A stretch of DNA of 32,323 nucleotides from Thermodesulfobacteriota bacterium (GTDB lineage Bacteria > Desulfobacterota > DSM-4660 > Desulfatiglandales > Desulfatiglandaceae), in NCBI GenBank assembly GCA_034190285.1, contig JAXHTA010000001.1, forward strand, positions 1 through 32,323. Reading direction: 5' to 3'. The translations under genes were made by a program, and so were the position numbers. Positions within the stretch are counted from its first letter, which is position 1, and each line of letters starts with the position of its first letter. The notes beneath the pieces are model-generated. The model did no database searches and had not been told where the DNA came from. It saw only the letters and a program-made list of their open reading frames with translations. Below, piece by piece: positions 8,339 to 17,647 of this stretch.

Positions 8339-9412
8339 TCAATTAATACGCTCTACCCATCCATACGTATCGGTCTTTTCTCCATACTGTATGGCCAGGA
8401 TCTCGTTATAAAGTCTCTGGGAGATGTCTCCCATTTTTCCCCCTGCTATAACATGACCTTCTCCACCATAGGTAATCTGACCCACCGGCGATATCACGGC
8501 CGCCGTACCCGTGCCAAATGCCTCACTCAGGCTGCCCTCCTGGGCGGCTTTGATAACTTCATCAATGGCCAGAGAACGCTCTGAGACCTTTATGCCCCAA
8601 TCTTTCACTATCTGTATGACAGAGTCCCTTGTGATCCCCGGCAGGATGCTTCCGGTTAGGGGCGCGGTGACCAATTCACCGTCGATGACGAAGAACATGT
8701 TCATGGTTCCAACTTCTTCCACATATTTGCGCTTTGCAGCATCCAACCACAATACCTGTGTGAAACCCTTTTCCTTCGCCTTTTCGGCGGCCAGCAAGCT
8801 GCCTCCGTAGTTGCCCGCGGTCTTCGCTTCACCGGTTCCACCCGGGGCGGCCCGGACGAAATAGTCCTCGACATGTATCTTGACAGGATTCAGACCCTCT
8901 TTGTAATATGCCCCTACAGGCCCAATAATTGTATAAAAAAGATAGGAATTGGCTGGTCGCACACCTAAATGCGGCTCTGTGGCCAGCATGGTAGGTCTAA
9001 TGTAAAGGGAGGTCCCCTGACTTCTTGGTACCCATTCCTTGTCCAGCAGAATGAGTTTCTTTATTCCTTTCATGGTCAGGTCAATGCTCACTTCAGGCAT
9101 GCACATCCTTTTAGCTGAGAGATTCAACCTCTTTAGATTGTCTCTGGCCCTGAAAAGGTAAACGGCACCGTTTGGTCCACCATAGGCCTTAAGCCCTTCA
9201 AATATCTCCTGCCCGTAATGTATTGCCATGGCAGCTGGATCGATTGAGATATCGCCGTATGGCTCGATACGGGGATTGAACCAGCCCTTTTCTGATTCAT
9301 AGTCCATAAGGAACATGTGGTCCGTCAAGATATCGCCAAATCCGAGTTTGGATTCATCCTCCGGTTTGGGTTTTAACTGATCGGGATCGGCCTGCGTAAG
9401 TTTGATCTCCAT
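8339..9412 (-). CDS. ilvE: Branched-chain amino acid aminotransferase (class IV, long form)
   Basis: Contains GFGDILTDHMF, HYGQEIFEGLKAY, LYIRP, G.GEAKTAGNY and PGITRDS. The ORF extends to 9460, but the ATG at 9412 (MEIKLTQ...) preceded by AAAGG is the more likely start. Confidence 0.9.
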   Translation of the reverse strand: MEIKLTQADPDQLKPKPEDESKLGFGDILTDHMFLMDYESEKGWFNPRIEPYGDISIDPAAMAIHYGQEIFEGLKAYGGPNGAVYLFRARDNLKRLNLSAKRMCMPEVSIDLTMKGIKKLILLDKEWVPRSQGTSLYIRPTMLATEPHLGVRPANSYLFYTIIGPVGAYYKEGLNPVKIHVEDYFVRAAPGGTGEAKTAGNYGGSLLAAEKAKEKGFTQVLWLDAAKRKYVEEVGTMNMFFVIDGELVTAPLTGSILPGITRDSVIQIVKDWGIKVSERSLAIDEVIKAAQEGSLSEAFGTGTAAVISPVGQITYGGEGHVIAGGKMGDISQRLYNEILAIQYGEKTDTYGWVERIN

Positions 9413-9505
9413 GGTTCTATACCTTTCGCAATTGTCGAGAATTTGTTCTTCCCATAGCATAGGTACTACGAAAATTCAACAGAGTACTCGGGGTAAGGCC
9501 AGACC

Positions 9506-10615
9506 CTATATCTTGACGACCTTGTATTCTCGGCTGCCAAGCCCTATCTTCTCGGCATGCTTCAGTTGGACAGTCCAGTCAACTTTAGGATAAATGCCCT
9601 TGAATTTGTCTTCGCCCGGCTCTCTACATTTTGAAACACAGGACCCTTCAGCGGCCGCCTGCTGATTGACCATATCTGCCGATGCCTGATCAATGGCAAC
9701 AGGATCTTTAGATGCCATTATGCCTATGTCGTGAACAATGGGGGCGTCGCTGTGCCCATAGCAGTCGCAAGCAGGAGAAATGTTGGTCAAGAAGTTCACA
9801 AAAACCGCCTTTCCCTGCTTCTCTTTCAGCACTGCAAATGCGTATTCTACCAACTTCTTCTGGAAGATAGGGATGTCCGCACTCCATCTAATATCGATCA
9901 CACCATTTGGGCATATAAGAATACATTCGCCGCAGCCCACGCATTTTTTTGGGTCAATTGTCGCCTTATCCTCTAGGAGGGAGATCGCCCTTTGTGCACA
10001 ATGGTGGACGCAATCACCGCAACCAACACATTTCTTGCGTTTGACTTTTGGGGACAAGCCGGAATGCTGATCCAGCTTCCCTTTTCTCGATGCACACCCC
10101 ATTCCCAGGTTCTTGATAGTACCTCCAAATCCCGACAATTCGTGGCCTTTAAAATGGGCCAAACTTATAAGGAAATCGGATTGAACAATCTCCCTGCCTA
10201 GGAAGGCTGTCTTTATTATTTCCTGGTTTATCTCAACCGTTGAAAAGGTGGCGCCTCTCATGCCGTCGGCAATGATGATTGGGGCATTCACCACCGAATA
10301 GGCAAATCCGTTTTCTGTGGCCGTGTTCAGATGGGAGACGCTATCACTCCTTGTCCCTGCATAAAGAGTGTTACAGTCCGTCAGGAAGGGTGAGGCGCCC
10401 AGGTCTTTGACCCGATCGACGATCTGCCGGATAAAGAGAGGCCGGATAAAGGCGGTGTTTCCCTTTTCGCCGAAGTGCATCTTGAGAGCGACAAGGCTTC
10501 GAGGGGTGATAATTTGTTCGAGACCGGTGCTGTTTACAAGTCTCACCACTTTGGACAAGAGATTTTCTCTTGCTGAAGCCCTGAGATCTGAAAAATACAC
10601 TTCACTAACAGGCAT
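9506..10615 (-). CDS. DUF362-domain protein with 2x[4Fe-4S] ferredoxin insert (COG2768-like)
   Basis: 369 aa. Contains KMHFGEKGN, FLTDCNTLY and HFKGH, plus two CxxCxxCxxxCP motifs (CVGCGDCVHHC and CVGCGECILICP). Confidence 0.85.
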   Translation of the reverse strand: MPVSEVYFSDLRASARENLLSKVVRLVNSTGLEQIITPRSLVALKMHFGEKGNTAFIRPLFIRQIVDRVKDLGASPFLTDCNTLYAGTRSDSVSHLNTATENGFAYSVVNAPIIIADGMRGATFSTVEINQEIIKTAFLGREIVQSDFLISLAHFKGHELSGFGGTIKNLGMGCASRKGKLDQHSGLSPKVKRKKCVGCGDCVHHCAQRAISLLEDKATIDPKKCVGCGECILICPNGVIDIRWSADIPIFQKKLVEYAFAVLKEKQGKAVFVNFLTNISPACDCYGHSDAPIVHDIGIMASKDPVAIDQASADMVNQQAAAEGSCVSKCREPGEDKFKGIYPKVDWTVQLKHAEKIGLGSREYKVVKI

Positions 10616-10753
10616 GTGAAAGCTCCTGAAACGAGGCCCGTGCGGGCAGGTGAATAATTGATGATTGTTTCAAAGCACTAAAGGACGCTTGGTTATCGGG
10701 ACGAATCTTCACATGAATTCTTCAGAAAACCCGGTTAGTTCATATCCTGCATC

Positions 10754-10783
10754 GTAACTTCTGAAAAAGTCGGGGCATATTCT
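10754..10783 (+). repeat. Copy A of a 30-nt repeated motif GTAACTTCT-S-AAAAAGTCGGGG-Y-ATAT-Y-CT
   Basis: 27/30 identity to 27848-27877 in the same orientation. The flanks are unrelated. Confidence 0.7.
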
Positions 10784-10957
10784 TCTGACAACATGGCCCT
10801 CATCTCTTCCCGGACTTTTTTAGATGTTACCCGCAGCATCCGGCCTTTTGAGGGGGACCTTATAGCCCGGCCTTGAGGCCTTGGGATCATACTCAGTGCC
10901 TGCAAGACACAAAAAAGGTTTAGCCGATATACATCCAGCAGAGACCTAATAGCGCCA

Positions 10958-10986
10958 GTTTTATGCATTCTTGATTTGCCTGTCAA
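10958..10986 (-). promoter_or_regulatory. Possible sigma-70 promoter driving a ~335-nt leader upstream of the DUF362 gene
   Basis: Minus strand reads TTGACA (10986-10981), 17-nt spacer, TAAAAC (10963-10958). Motif match only. Confidence 0.3.
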
Positions 10987-11136
10987 GGGTGTTATTTTGA
11001 TGCACACATTTTTCGTTGACAAACAAAACACTTCTGGATTATTAGTTTATGGCTAAATTTGATGCCGTGTGAATATGGGCCTTGATGGCTATGGCAGGTA
11101 TTAGAATCATGGAAGATTCGCCTTTGCGGTGTGAAC

Positions 11137-11142
11137 TATAAT
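11137..11142 (+). promoter_or_regulatory. Possible -10 box (TATAAT) for the rhodanese gene
   Basis: Perfect TATAAT 56 nt upstream of ATG 11198. No convincing -35. Confidence 0.25.
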
Positions 11143-11197
11143 TTTTTGGAAAAAGACCCGATAGCTCGGGCGTTAAGATATTTCTTTTAATGATGCT

Positions 11198-11827
11198 ATG
11201 AATAGACAGAATTTCTTTCCAGGCTTTCTTGTTGTCGTCTTAGGTCTCTGCTTTGTGTTTATTGCGCCGGTCTCTGCTCTTGCTCAGGAGCCAAAAAATA
11301 TCCTTAGTATCGAGGCATACGATATGCTTAATACTGTTCCTGATACTTACATCATTGATGTCAGGACAAGGGCTGAATATCAGTTCGTGGGTCATCCCAT
11401 TGGGGCTTACCTTTTCCCCTACATGTTTATGACCAAAGAATTCGGGAAGATGGATGATCAATATTGTTATCGTTTCAACATCAGTAACAAGGGGTTTATC
11501 CAGGAAATAACCAAGGTCTTTAAAAAGACGGACAACCTGCTGATAATTTGCCGTGACGGTTTACGGAGCGTTTTGGCTGCAAAGGACCTTATCGATGCTG
11601 GTTTCAAGAATGTCTTTGACGTGGAGGACGGTTTTGAAGGACCTGAATTCCCCTCCTTCAAGAACAGTAACAGGCACAAGTTTTATCGGCAGCTTGCGAA
11701 AAGAAACAAGATTCACGGTTTTAACCACCGGGGGCGCTATGGATGGCAGTGGTGGGGGCTTCCTTGGACTTATGAAATGAACCCGAAATTTGCTTATCCC
11801 CCAGATCTGGCTCCGCCTAAGGAATAA
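11198..11827 (+). CDS. Secreted rhodanese-domain sulfurtransferase-like protein
   Basis: Signal peptide (LGLCFVFIAPVSALA-QE), YIIDVRTRAEY, and the active-site loop CRDGLRS (CRxGxR[ST]). Confidence 0.75.
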   Translation: MNRQNFFPGFLVVVLGLCFVFIAPVSALAQEPKNILSIEAYDMLNTVPDTYIIDVRTRAEYQFVGHPIGAYLFPYMFMTKEFGKMDDQYCYRFNISNKGFIQEITKVFKKTDNLLIICRDGLRSVLAAKDLIDAGFKNVFDVEDGFEGPEFPSFKNSNRHKFYRQLAKRNKIHGFNHRGRYGWQWWGLPWTYEMNPKFAYPPDLAPPKE

Positions 11828-11936
11828 CCTCTTTTCCACTCTGGCGATTCCCTTCTTTACCCAGATTGTTACTATCGGCCGTATTTTTCCCCTGATATTT
11901 CAAACCTGACCCGGACATTACGAAAGCTGGAACCTG

Positions 11937-12161
11937 TTGCGAAGCAGAGGGAATGGGCGCAATTTGCCTGCCGAAGAAAACCAGCTATTCTCGGACACAA
12001 TCCCGGCAGTTGTAGAGTGGGCAGCCTTTTACAACCTGCAAAGAAAACGGACAGGACGCCTTTTCAACTCTCCCGACGGCCGATTCTGTTTTGGCCAAAA
12101 CCTCTTACTAATCAATGTGTTGACTCCCATCCACCTGTTACACCTCTGGCACGGTTCTTGA
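11937..12161 (+). pseudogene. Remnant of the C-terminal end of a DDE (rve-type) transposase
   Basis: The peptide ...LFSDTIPAVVEWAAFYNLQRKRTGRLFNSPDGRF resembles the conserved transposase tail (...W..FYN..RPH..L...SP..F). There is no catalytic core, no inverted repeats, and it sits in a 575-nt gap. Confidence 0.3.
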
Positions 12162-12402
12162 TAATACGCATAGTAACTACTTAACAGATTAATTTCACGA
12201 CGACACGGCGGCCTTGGAAAGCGACATGAGCCCATGAGAGAAAAGACGGCTCTTAAAGATATTAATCCATGCACTGACTTGTTGGCAGATGGCTTGAGAT
12301 AACATCTGCGGGAAAGGAGGTGGTGTTTCCGTATGTAAGGCATTTATTAATACATTCGGTGAGCATATCATATGTGCAGTAAACAAGAGAGGAGGAAAGA
12401 AG

Positions 12403-13206
12403 ATGAGGAAGAATATATTAAGTGTGTCCATTATGTGTGTGACGGTAGTGGCTATTCTTGCGGTTTTTTCTGTCCGCAATGTCGGTGCTCAGAATGTTAT
12501 CAAGTATTCGTGCTCAGCCCAGATTTATGAGGCGCTGGAAAAGGTACGGCTTGACGCCTTTACCCAGAGGACGGGGCTTAAGATTGAGGTTCATGTCTGT
12601 TCATCGTCTACTGCCGTCAATCAACTTGTGAACGGATATACCGATTTGGCTTCCACTGCCTGGAGGCTGTCTCCCCTGCATAAACAGGACGGGTATTATG
12701 AAACGGTTTTTTCCAGAGATCCTGTTGCCATAGTGGTGAATACCCGGAATCCGGTGACAGATATTACCACCGATATACTCAAAGATGTTTTTGCCGGGGA
12801 AATAACCAACTGGAAGGAACTTAGCGGCTCCGACGAGCCGATCCTAGTCGTCCTGCCGACTACATATACGGCGTCATACAAAAACTTCAGCAGAAATGTC
12901 ATGGGCTATAAAAAAATGAATTATGATATAATGACCCGTCTGTCCAGCAAGGTTATGGAAATAGTGGATCGTTTTCCCTGGGCTATCTCATTTATAGCCG
13001 AGGGGGCCGCGACGCATAGCCATGTGAAAACACTGAGGGTTGACGGCAGGAATCCTATGGATATGGGCTATCCCTATTATCAGGTTTTTTCATTTGTCAC
13101 CAAAGGGAAACCCACTGGGGTCGTGAAGGAATTTATTGACGACCTTCTTTCCGGCCCAGGGAGGGAGATTATGAAGGAAAGACGGATCACTCCATATTAT
13201 GAATGA
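12403..13206 (+). CDS. Periplasmic substrate-binding protein, PstS/PBP-like_2 family (orphan, no ABC partners nearby)
   Basis: Signal peptide (VVAILAVFSVRNVGA-QN) and the family motif DVFAGEITNWKELSGSDEPILVV. GGAGGA RBS. Confidence 0.7.
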   Translation: MRKNILSVSIMCVTVVAILAVFSVRNVGAQNVIKYSCSAQIYEALEKVRLDAFTQRTGLKIEVHVCSSSTAVNQLVNGYTDLASTAWRLSPLHKQDGYYETVFSRDPVAIVVNTRNPVTDITTDILKDVFAGEITNWKELSGSDEPILVVLPTTYTASYKNFSRNVMGYKKMNYDIMTRLSSKVMEIVDRFPWAISFIAEGAATHSHVKTLRVDGRNPMDMGYPYYQVFSFVTKGKPTGVVKEFIDDLLSGPGREIMKERRITPYYE

Positions 13207-13237
13207 TTCTATAGACCTTCTGCTCCCTTTCTGAACG

Positions 13238-13286
13238 AAAAAAGCCAGCCTGCCCCGAATTATGCCGAGGCCGACTGGCTTTTTTC
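13238..13286. terminator. Bidirectional intrinsic terminator between convergent genes
   Basis: AAAAAGCCAG...CTGGCTTTTTT. The stem arms GCCAG/CTGGC have A-run and T-run flanks. Confidence 0.55.
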
Positions 13287-13395
13287 AGGCCGATAAGTCT
13301 TGAATATGTATCCACGGGAGCGGCGGGAAGGTTTCATCGTTCAGTCCAAACATTGACCGGCTCCATTTGTGCCATGCTGGATTCTTCCAATCATA

Positions 13396-14076
13396 TCAGC
13401 TGTCATCTATCACACCGATTATGGCAAATTCTGCTTTGACAGCATTTTTCAGTTTTTCCAACTTTTCGGGGGCAAAATCCTTGAGGCGAATATAGACATG
13501 ACGATATCCTTGATCGTCTTCGGGATAGAGGACAAAGATGCCGGCAACCCGTCCGTCATTTTCCCGTATTATGTCCACCACCTTTTGAATTGCTCCAGGA
13601 CTGTCTTCTAGTCGAAACCCCAATGTTATCTTCCCTGTGTTAATTCCAGAAAAATCGACCAAGACCTTGAAAATATCCGATTCAGTTATAATCCCGACAA
13701 GCCTCTTCTGGGAGTCCAAAACTGGTAAACCGGAAACACGATTTTTGAGCATTGTCTCCGCCGCCTTCACAACGCTCTGATCAGGACCGATGCTAATCAC
13801 ATCCCTTTCCATTATTTCTTCGGCTGTGATTCTTTTCAACAGATCATAAAGATCAGGGAACAGTTTTCTCTCTGCTTCGTCAAAGCTGATGACCTGGGAC
13901 GGCCCGGCTGAACGAAGATCACTATCCGTGATTATCCCAATGATCTCACCATTACTCACCACAGGGAATCTACGAACTCCGTGTTTTTTCATAAGCTCAT
14001 ATGCCCTCACAGCGGAAATATTTTTCCCTATCGTCTTTGGATTGGCCGTCATGTATTTTTCTATCAGCATACCCAA
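13396..14076 (-). CDS. CBS-pair plus ACT domain protein (AcuB-like)
   Basis: 226 aa. Two CBS repeats (MT.NP.TI...RRFPVV..GE.IGIITDSDL and VISIGPDQSV...SGLPVLD...LVGIITESD) and a C-terminal ACT-like segment. Confidence 0.85.
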   Translation of the reverse strand: MGMLIEKYMTANPKTIGKNISAVRAYELMKKHGVRRFPVVSNGEIIGIITDSDLRSAGPSQVISFDEAERKLFPDLYDLLKRITAEEIMERDVISIGPDQSVVKAAETMLKNRVSGLPVLDSQKRLVGIITESDIFKVLVDFSGINTGKITLGFRLEDSPGAIQKVVDIIRENDGRVAGIFVLYPEDDQGYRHVYIRLKDFAPEKLEKLKNAVKAEFAIIGVIDDS

Positions 14077-14217
14077 ACCTCCTTATATCCTATTCTTTCA
14101 TAAGCTATTATTTCATTCCCAGTCCCCCTCAGCTCTTGCGGACTCCCGCGACTGGTTGGCATTCGGTTGCCGGGACCAGTCCAAATCAACCGATAAGGGG
14201 CTCGAGATGCAAATATT

Positions 14218-14233
14218 TGCAATACCCGTGCCA
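14218..14233 (-). promoter_or_regulatory. Sigma-54 (-24/-12) promoter for the CBS-ACT gene
   Basis: Minus strand reads TGGCAC-GGGTA-TTGCA, a perfect consensus with GG-N10-GC spacing. It lies ~140 nt upstream of ATG 14076. Confidence 0.7.
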
Positions 14234-14338
14234 GGGCCACGTGAGGATGCCAATTAATCTAACTACTTGATACAAAGAAATATTATTGAAACATATCCAG
14301 TCCATGCAGGCGATCCGGGTGGGTTTGGCGTTGGGATT

Positions 14339-14355
14339 CTTTACAGATTGTAAAG
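14339..14355. promoter_or_regulatory. Palindrome CTTTACA-GAT-TGTAAAG, candidate enhancer-binding-protein UAS
   Basis: Perfect 7-bp inverted repeat. Its centre is ~115 nt upstream of the GG of the minus-strand sigma-54 promoter. The same palindrome recurs at 18251-18267. Confidence 0.45.
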
Positions 14356-14457
14356 CAGGAGGGCATACACGGATCCAAGAGAGTTGATGTCAGGTCGAAC
14401 AGATGTTAACATAATTGTGTAAATCCGCAGAAAGTTTGGGAAGACGAGGGAAGCCAT

Positions 14458-15957
14458 ATGAGTCTTTTTAGACAATACATGCCGAGGATGTTGAAAAAAA
14501 TCAACATACGCATTCGCATCTATGCGCTTTTGGCCTGTATCGTATTCGTCACTCTGGTGGGTGGCCTGGTAATGATATGGTACACCTATCAGATGGAAGG
14601 TCTCCTGTCCCAAATTGTTGATAGAAATATGGCCGCTTTCCTGGCGGCCGAGGAACTTGAAACGGCCCTGGCAAATCAGAAGGGTTTTGTATCTTATTAT
14701 TTTCTGGACGGTGACCCGGACTGGTTGAGGCGATTAGGGGAATATCGACAGATTATCAATCAGCGCCTCAAGAAGGCGAAATTCCTAGTTGAAACCGATA
14801 AACAAAAGAATACCGTTGAATGTATCGAGTCTGAATACGGCCGTTATATCAAGTTGAAAGACAGGGTTATCGACCATTACAAGGCAGGGGAAAGAGATGT
14901 CGGCGCTCTGCTTCATAAAGAAGTCCGCACCCACTTTCTGACAATTCAAGAACTGACCAAGCAATACAAGGACATGCATGCTGAAATTATAAAACATGAC
15001 AGGGAGCAAAGCCATAAAAGGGCAAAAAGGCTCAGGATTATTGCTGGAACTGCTATGCTCATGGTTACTCTGCTGGCTATGTTTTTGGTCTCTGTCCTGG
15101 TGCACCATATCTTAGAACCTGTCAGAAGGTTGGCCCGTGAGGCCACCCGAAAACGATTAACCGATGAAGAATCAGGTGATGAAATCAGGATCCTGAGCCG
15201 CCGTGTTCACGGCCTGATTGAAGATTTTGACCATACGCATTTTGAACTTGAAAAAAGCCGAGAACATCTATTACAGGCCAAAAAACTGGCGCTCGTGGGA
15301 AAGCTTGCAGCAGGGGTGGCTCACAGTATTCGCAATCCCCTTACATCGGTAAAAATGCGGCTCTTTTCATTAGAGCGAACCCTCAGTCTTTCCGACCATC
15401 AGAAAGAGGACTTTGAAGTCATATCAGAGGAGATCAAACATATTGACAATATCTTACAGAACTTTCTTGAGTTTTCACGTCCTCCCAGGCTCAGGACGCA
15501 AAAGATCAGTCCTTCGGACGTTGTGGACTTAGTAGTTCAATTGTTGCGCCACCGCCTGGAGTCTTATAATGTGGACATAAAGATATTCCGGCAAGGCCCT
15601 CTCCCGGATATCCAGGCCGACCCGGAGCAATTGAAGGAACTACTCATAAATCTCATTGTGAATTCTTGCGAATCAATGGCAGGCGGCGGTAAAATTCTTA
15701 TCCATGAGGAGGAGTCTTTCGCAGACCCTTTGGGAAAGGTGGTAGTCATTCGGTTGGCCGACAATGGCCCCGGTGTGCCAGAATCGCTTCAGGAAAAAAT
15801 CTTTCAACCCTTTTTTACAACCAAAGAGGAGGGATCGGGACTCGGGCTTAGCATTGCTGCACGTATCGTGGAGGAACACGGCGGGTGGCTGGACCTCGTA
15901 ACAGACGAGGGAGAAGGTTCGACTTTTGTCATCACATTTCCTGTCCCGGAGTGGTAA
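14458..15957 (+). CDS. Membrane sensor histidine kinase (2 TM, helical periplasmic domain, HAMP-like linker, HisKA, HATPase_c)
   Basis: H-box LAAGVAHSIRNPL, N-box LINLIVNSCESM, G1 DNGPGV, F-box FQPFFTTK, G2 GSGLGLSI. Two hydrophobic segments at ~aa 20-43 and ~195-217. Confidence 0.9.
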   Translation: MSLFRQYMPRMLKKINIRIRIYALLACIVFVTLVGGLVMIWYTYQMEGLLSQIVDRNMAAFLAAEELETALANQKGFVSYYFLDGDPDWLRRLGEYRQIINQRLKKAKFLVETDKQKNTVECIESEYGRYIKLKDRVIDHYKAGERDVGALLHKEVRTHFLTIQELTKQYKDMHAEIIKHDREQSHKRAKRLRIIAGTAMLMVTLLAMFLVSVLVHHILEPVRRLAREATRKRLTDEESGDEIRILSRRVHGLIEDFDHTHFELEKSREHLLQAKKLALVGKLAAGVAHSIRNPLTSVKMRLFSLERTLSLSDHQKEDFEVISEEIKHIDNILQNFLEFSRPPRLRTQKISPSDVVDLVVQLLRHRLESYNVDIKIFRQGPLPDIQADPEQLKELLINLIVNSCESMAGGGKILIHEEESFADPLGKVVVIRLADNGPGVPESLQEKIFQPFFTTKEEGSGLGLSIAARIVEEHGGWLDLVTDEGEGSTFVITFPVPEW

Positions 15958-15960
15958 GCC

Positions 15961-17445
15961 ATGAATGATATCCTAATCATTGATGATGACGACCAATTAC
16001 GAATGAGTTTTGAAAAACTTTTGACATCAGAGGGTTATACGGTAAGAAACGCCTCATCAGGGGAAGCAGGCGTCAAACTGATACATGAGGGAGTCCCGGA
16101 CCTGGTCATTCTGGACTTACGGCTGCCCGGAATAAACGGGCTTGAGACCTTTCAGGTGATTCATGAAATCGAGCCAAGACTCCCGGTTATAATCATGACA
16201 GCTTATGGCACAACAGACAACGCCATAGAGGCGACCAAAATGGGGGCCTTCGACTATATCCTTAAACCTTTTGAAATCCCCGACATGCTGAATGTGATTG
16301 AGCAGGCATTGGAAGCCGATCGTTTTATGCGTTCTCCGGTGGATATCAATACAGACCCTGAAAAGGCTTCCAGGGAGGCAATCATTGGCCGTTGCAAGCC
16401 GATGCAGGATGTCTATAAGGCGATCGGGAGGGTGTCTTCCACGAACGCCACGGTTCTCATTCGGGGGGAGTCCGGTACGGGCAAGGAACTTGTGGCCCGT
16501 GCCATCTATCAACACAGCCTCCGGGCGAATAGGCCGTTTCTTGTGATCAACTGCGTGGCAATCCCTGAAAATCTACTCGAAAGCGAGTTGTTCGGCTATG
16601 AGAAAGGGGCCTTCACAGGGGCCTCCCACAGGCGTGTGGGAAAGGTTGAACAGGCCCATAATGGTACAATTTTCTTAGACGAAATTGGTGACATGCCCCC
16701 GAGCATACAGGCCAAGATCCTGAGGTTGCTCCAGGAGAGGAGTATTGAGCGTCTGGGAGGCCAAAAGACCATTCAGGTGGATGTGCGAATTATTGCCGCC
16801 ACTAATAGAAATCTGGAGAAGGCCCTTTCAGAAGGTCGTTTTCGTGAAGACCTTTATTATCGTCTCAAGGTGGTGACCGTCTGGCTTCCCCCCCTTCGCG
16901 AAAGGCAGGGTGATGTCCCCCTCCTCACGGAGTATTTTCTATCTAAGTACGCCGCTCAAATGGACATTGATGTCCCTGGTATTGGAAGGGAGAGCATTAA
17001 GGTGCTTGAAGACTATCCATGGCCTGGCAATGTTAGAGAGCTTGCCAATACCATACAGAAGACGCTGATATTCAACCGTGGAGGGCCCGTGCGGCCCGAT
17101 GCCATTACCCAGTCAATCGGAGGCAGGGATCAAGACGGAGCTAATCGTAGCATAAGCGCTGATGACACCATCCGAAAATGGGTACGAGAAAAGTTGGTGT
17201 TTGAGGCTGGTGACAATATGTTCGATTCGTGCATGGACCTGCTCGCCAGTATTCTCGTCGGCGAAGCGCTCAGCCTGACAGGCGGCAACCGTTCCCGTGC
17301 GGCCAGACTCCTTGGTCTTTCAAGACCCACCCTTCACGCAAAAATCGAAAAATACGGACTCAAACTAAAAACATCGGTAAGGGAGGAAAAAAGCCGCGAT
17401 AATTTGACCCTGGCGTTGAATAAATTTGATACCAAAACGCCTTAG
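15961..17445 (+). CDS. Sigma-54-dependent response regulator (REC - AAA+ - Fis-type HTH; NtrC family)
   Basis: REC (DLVILDLRLPG, KP). AAA+ Walker A GESGTGKE, GAFTGA loop (EKGAFTGA), Walker B FLDEIG, RVIAATN. C-terminal HTH GNRSRAARLLGLSRPTL. Confidence 0.95.
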   Translation: MNDILIIDDDDQLRMSFEKLLTSEGYTVRNASSGEAGVKLIHEGVPDLVILDLRLPGINGLETFQVIHEIEPRLPVIIMTAYGTTDNAIEATKMGAFDYILKPFEIPDMLNVIEQALEADRFMRSPVDINTDPEKASREAIIGRCKPMQDVYKAIGRVSSTNATVLIRGESGTGKELVARAIYQHSLRANRPFLVINCVAIPENLLESELFGYEKGAFTGASHRRVGKVEQAHNGTIFLDEIGDMPPSIQAKILRLLQERSIERLGGQKTIQVDVRIIAATNRNLEKALSEGRFREDLYYRLKVVTVWLPPLRERQGDVPLLTEYFLSKYAAQMDIDVPGIGRESIKVLEDYPWPGNVRELANTIQKTLIFNRGGPVRPDAITQSIGGRDQDGANRSISADDTIRKWVREKLVFEAGDNMFDSCMDLLASILVGEALSLTGGNRSRAARLLGLSRPTLHAKIEKYGLKLKTSVREEKSRDNLTLALNKFDTKTP

Positions 17446-17530
17446 ATCAGGTCGGCAAACTACTTTGGGACATTTTCGGGGTGAAAGCGCCATGATTAGC
17501 TGGCATCTATATGCTGCTTCTGCTGACTAT

Positions 17531-17546
17531 TGGCACGAGAGTTGCT
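17531..17546 (+). promoter_or_regulatory. Sigma-54 (-24/-12) promoter for the stand-alone REC gene
   Basis: TGGCAC-GAGAG-TTGCT with GG-N10-GC spacing, ~100 nt upstream of start 17648. Confidence 0.7.
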
Positions 17547-17647
17547 TTTTGATTTTTAGGTGAGTCTTTCTATCCTGCCGGGGTTATTCCTGTCAAAACA
17601 AGACTATGGAGAATTAGACGCGTTTCAACGGTCTCAAAGGTGTTTCC

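Noticed and set aside
10735-11031. 98-aa minus-strand ORF from the track
   Set aside because: Its GTG start lies upstream of the only plausible promoter, and the N-terminal half looks non-coding. Only the 51-aa distal part is kept, as a low-confidence possibility in a finding.
12029-12479. Two overlapping minus-strand ORFs (104 and 94 aa) in the rhodanese/PstS-like intergenic gap
   Set aside because: They have no motifs or RBS, overlap each other and the transposase remnant, and have composition typical of non-coding sequence.
13360-13374. Minus-strand TGGCAC-AAATG-GAGC
   Set aside because: The spacing is correct but the -12 element is poor. No minus-strand gene lies downstream, because it points into the 3' end of a plus-strand gene.
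14158-14170. TGGCAT-TCGG-TTGCC, a sigma-54-like sequence on the plus strand facing the HK gene
   Set aside because: The spacing is GG-N9-GC, one nt short of the invariant GG-N10-GC.
17501-17515. TGGCATCTATATGCT, a sigma-54-like sequence 30 nt upstream of the good promoter at 17531
   Set aside because: The spacing is GG-N9-GC and the -12 region lacks TTGC.
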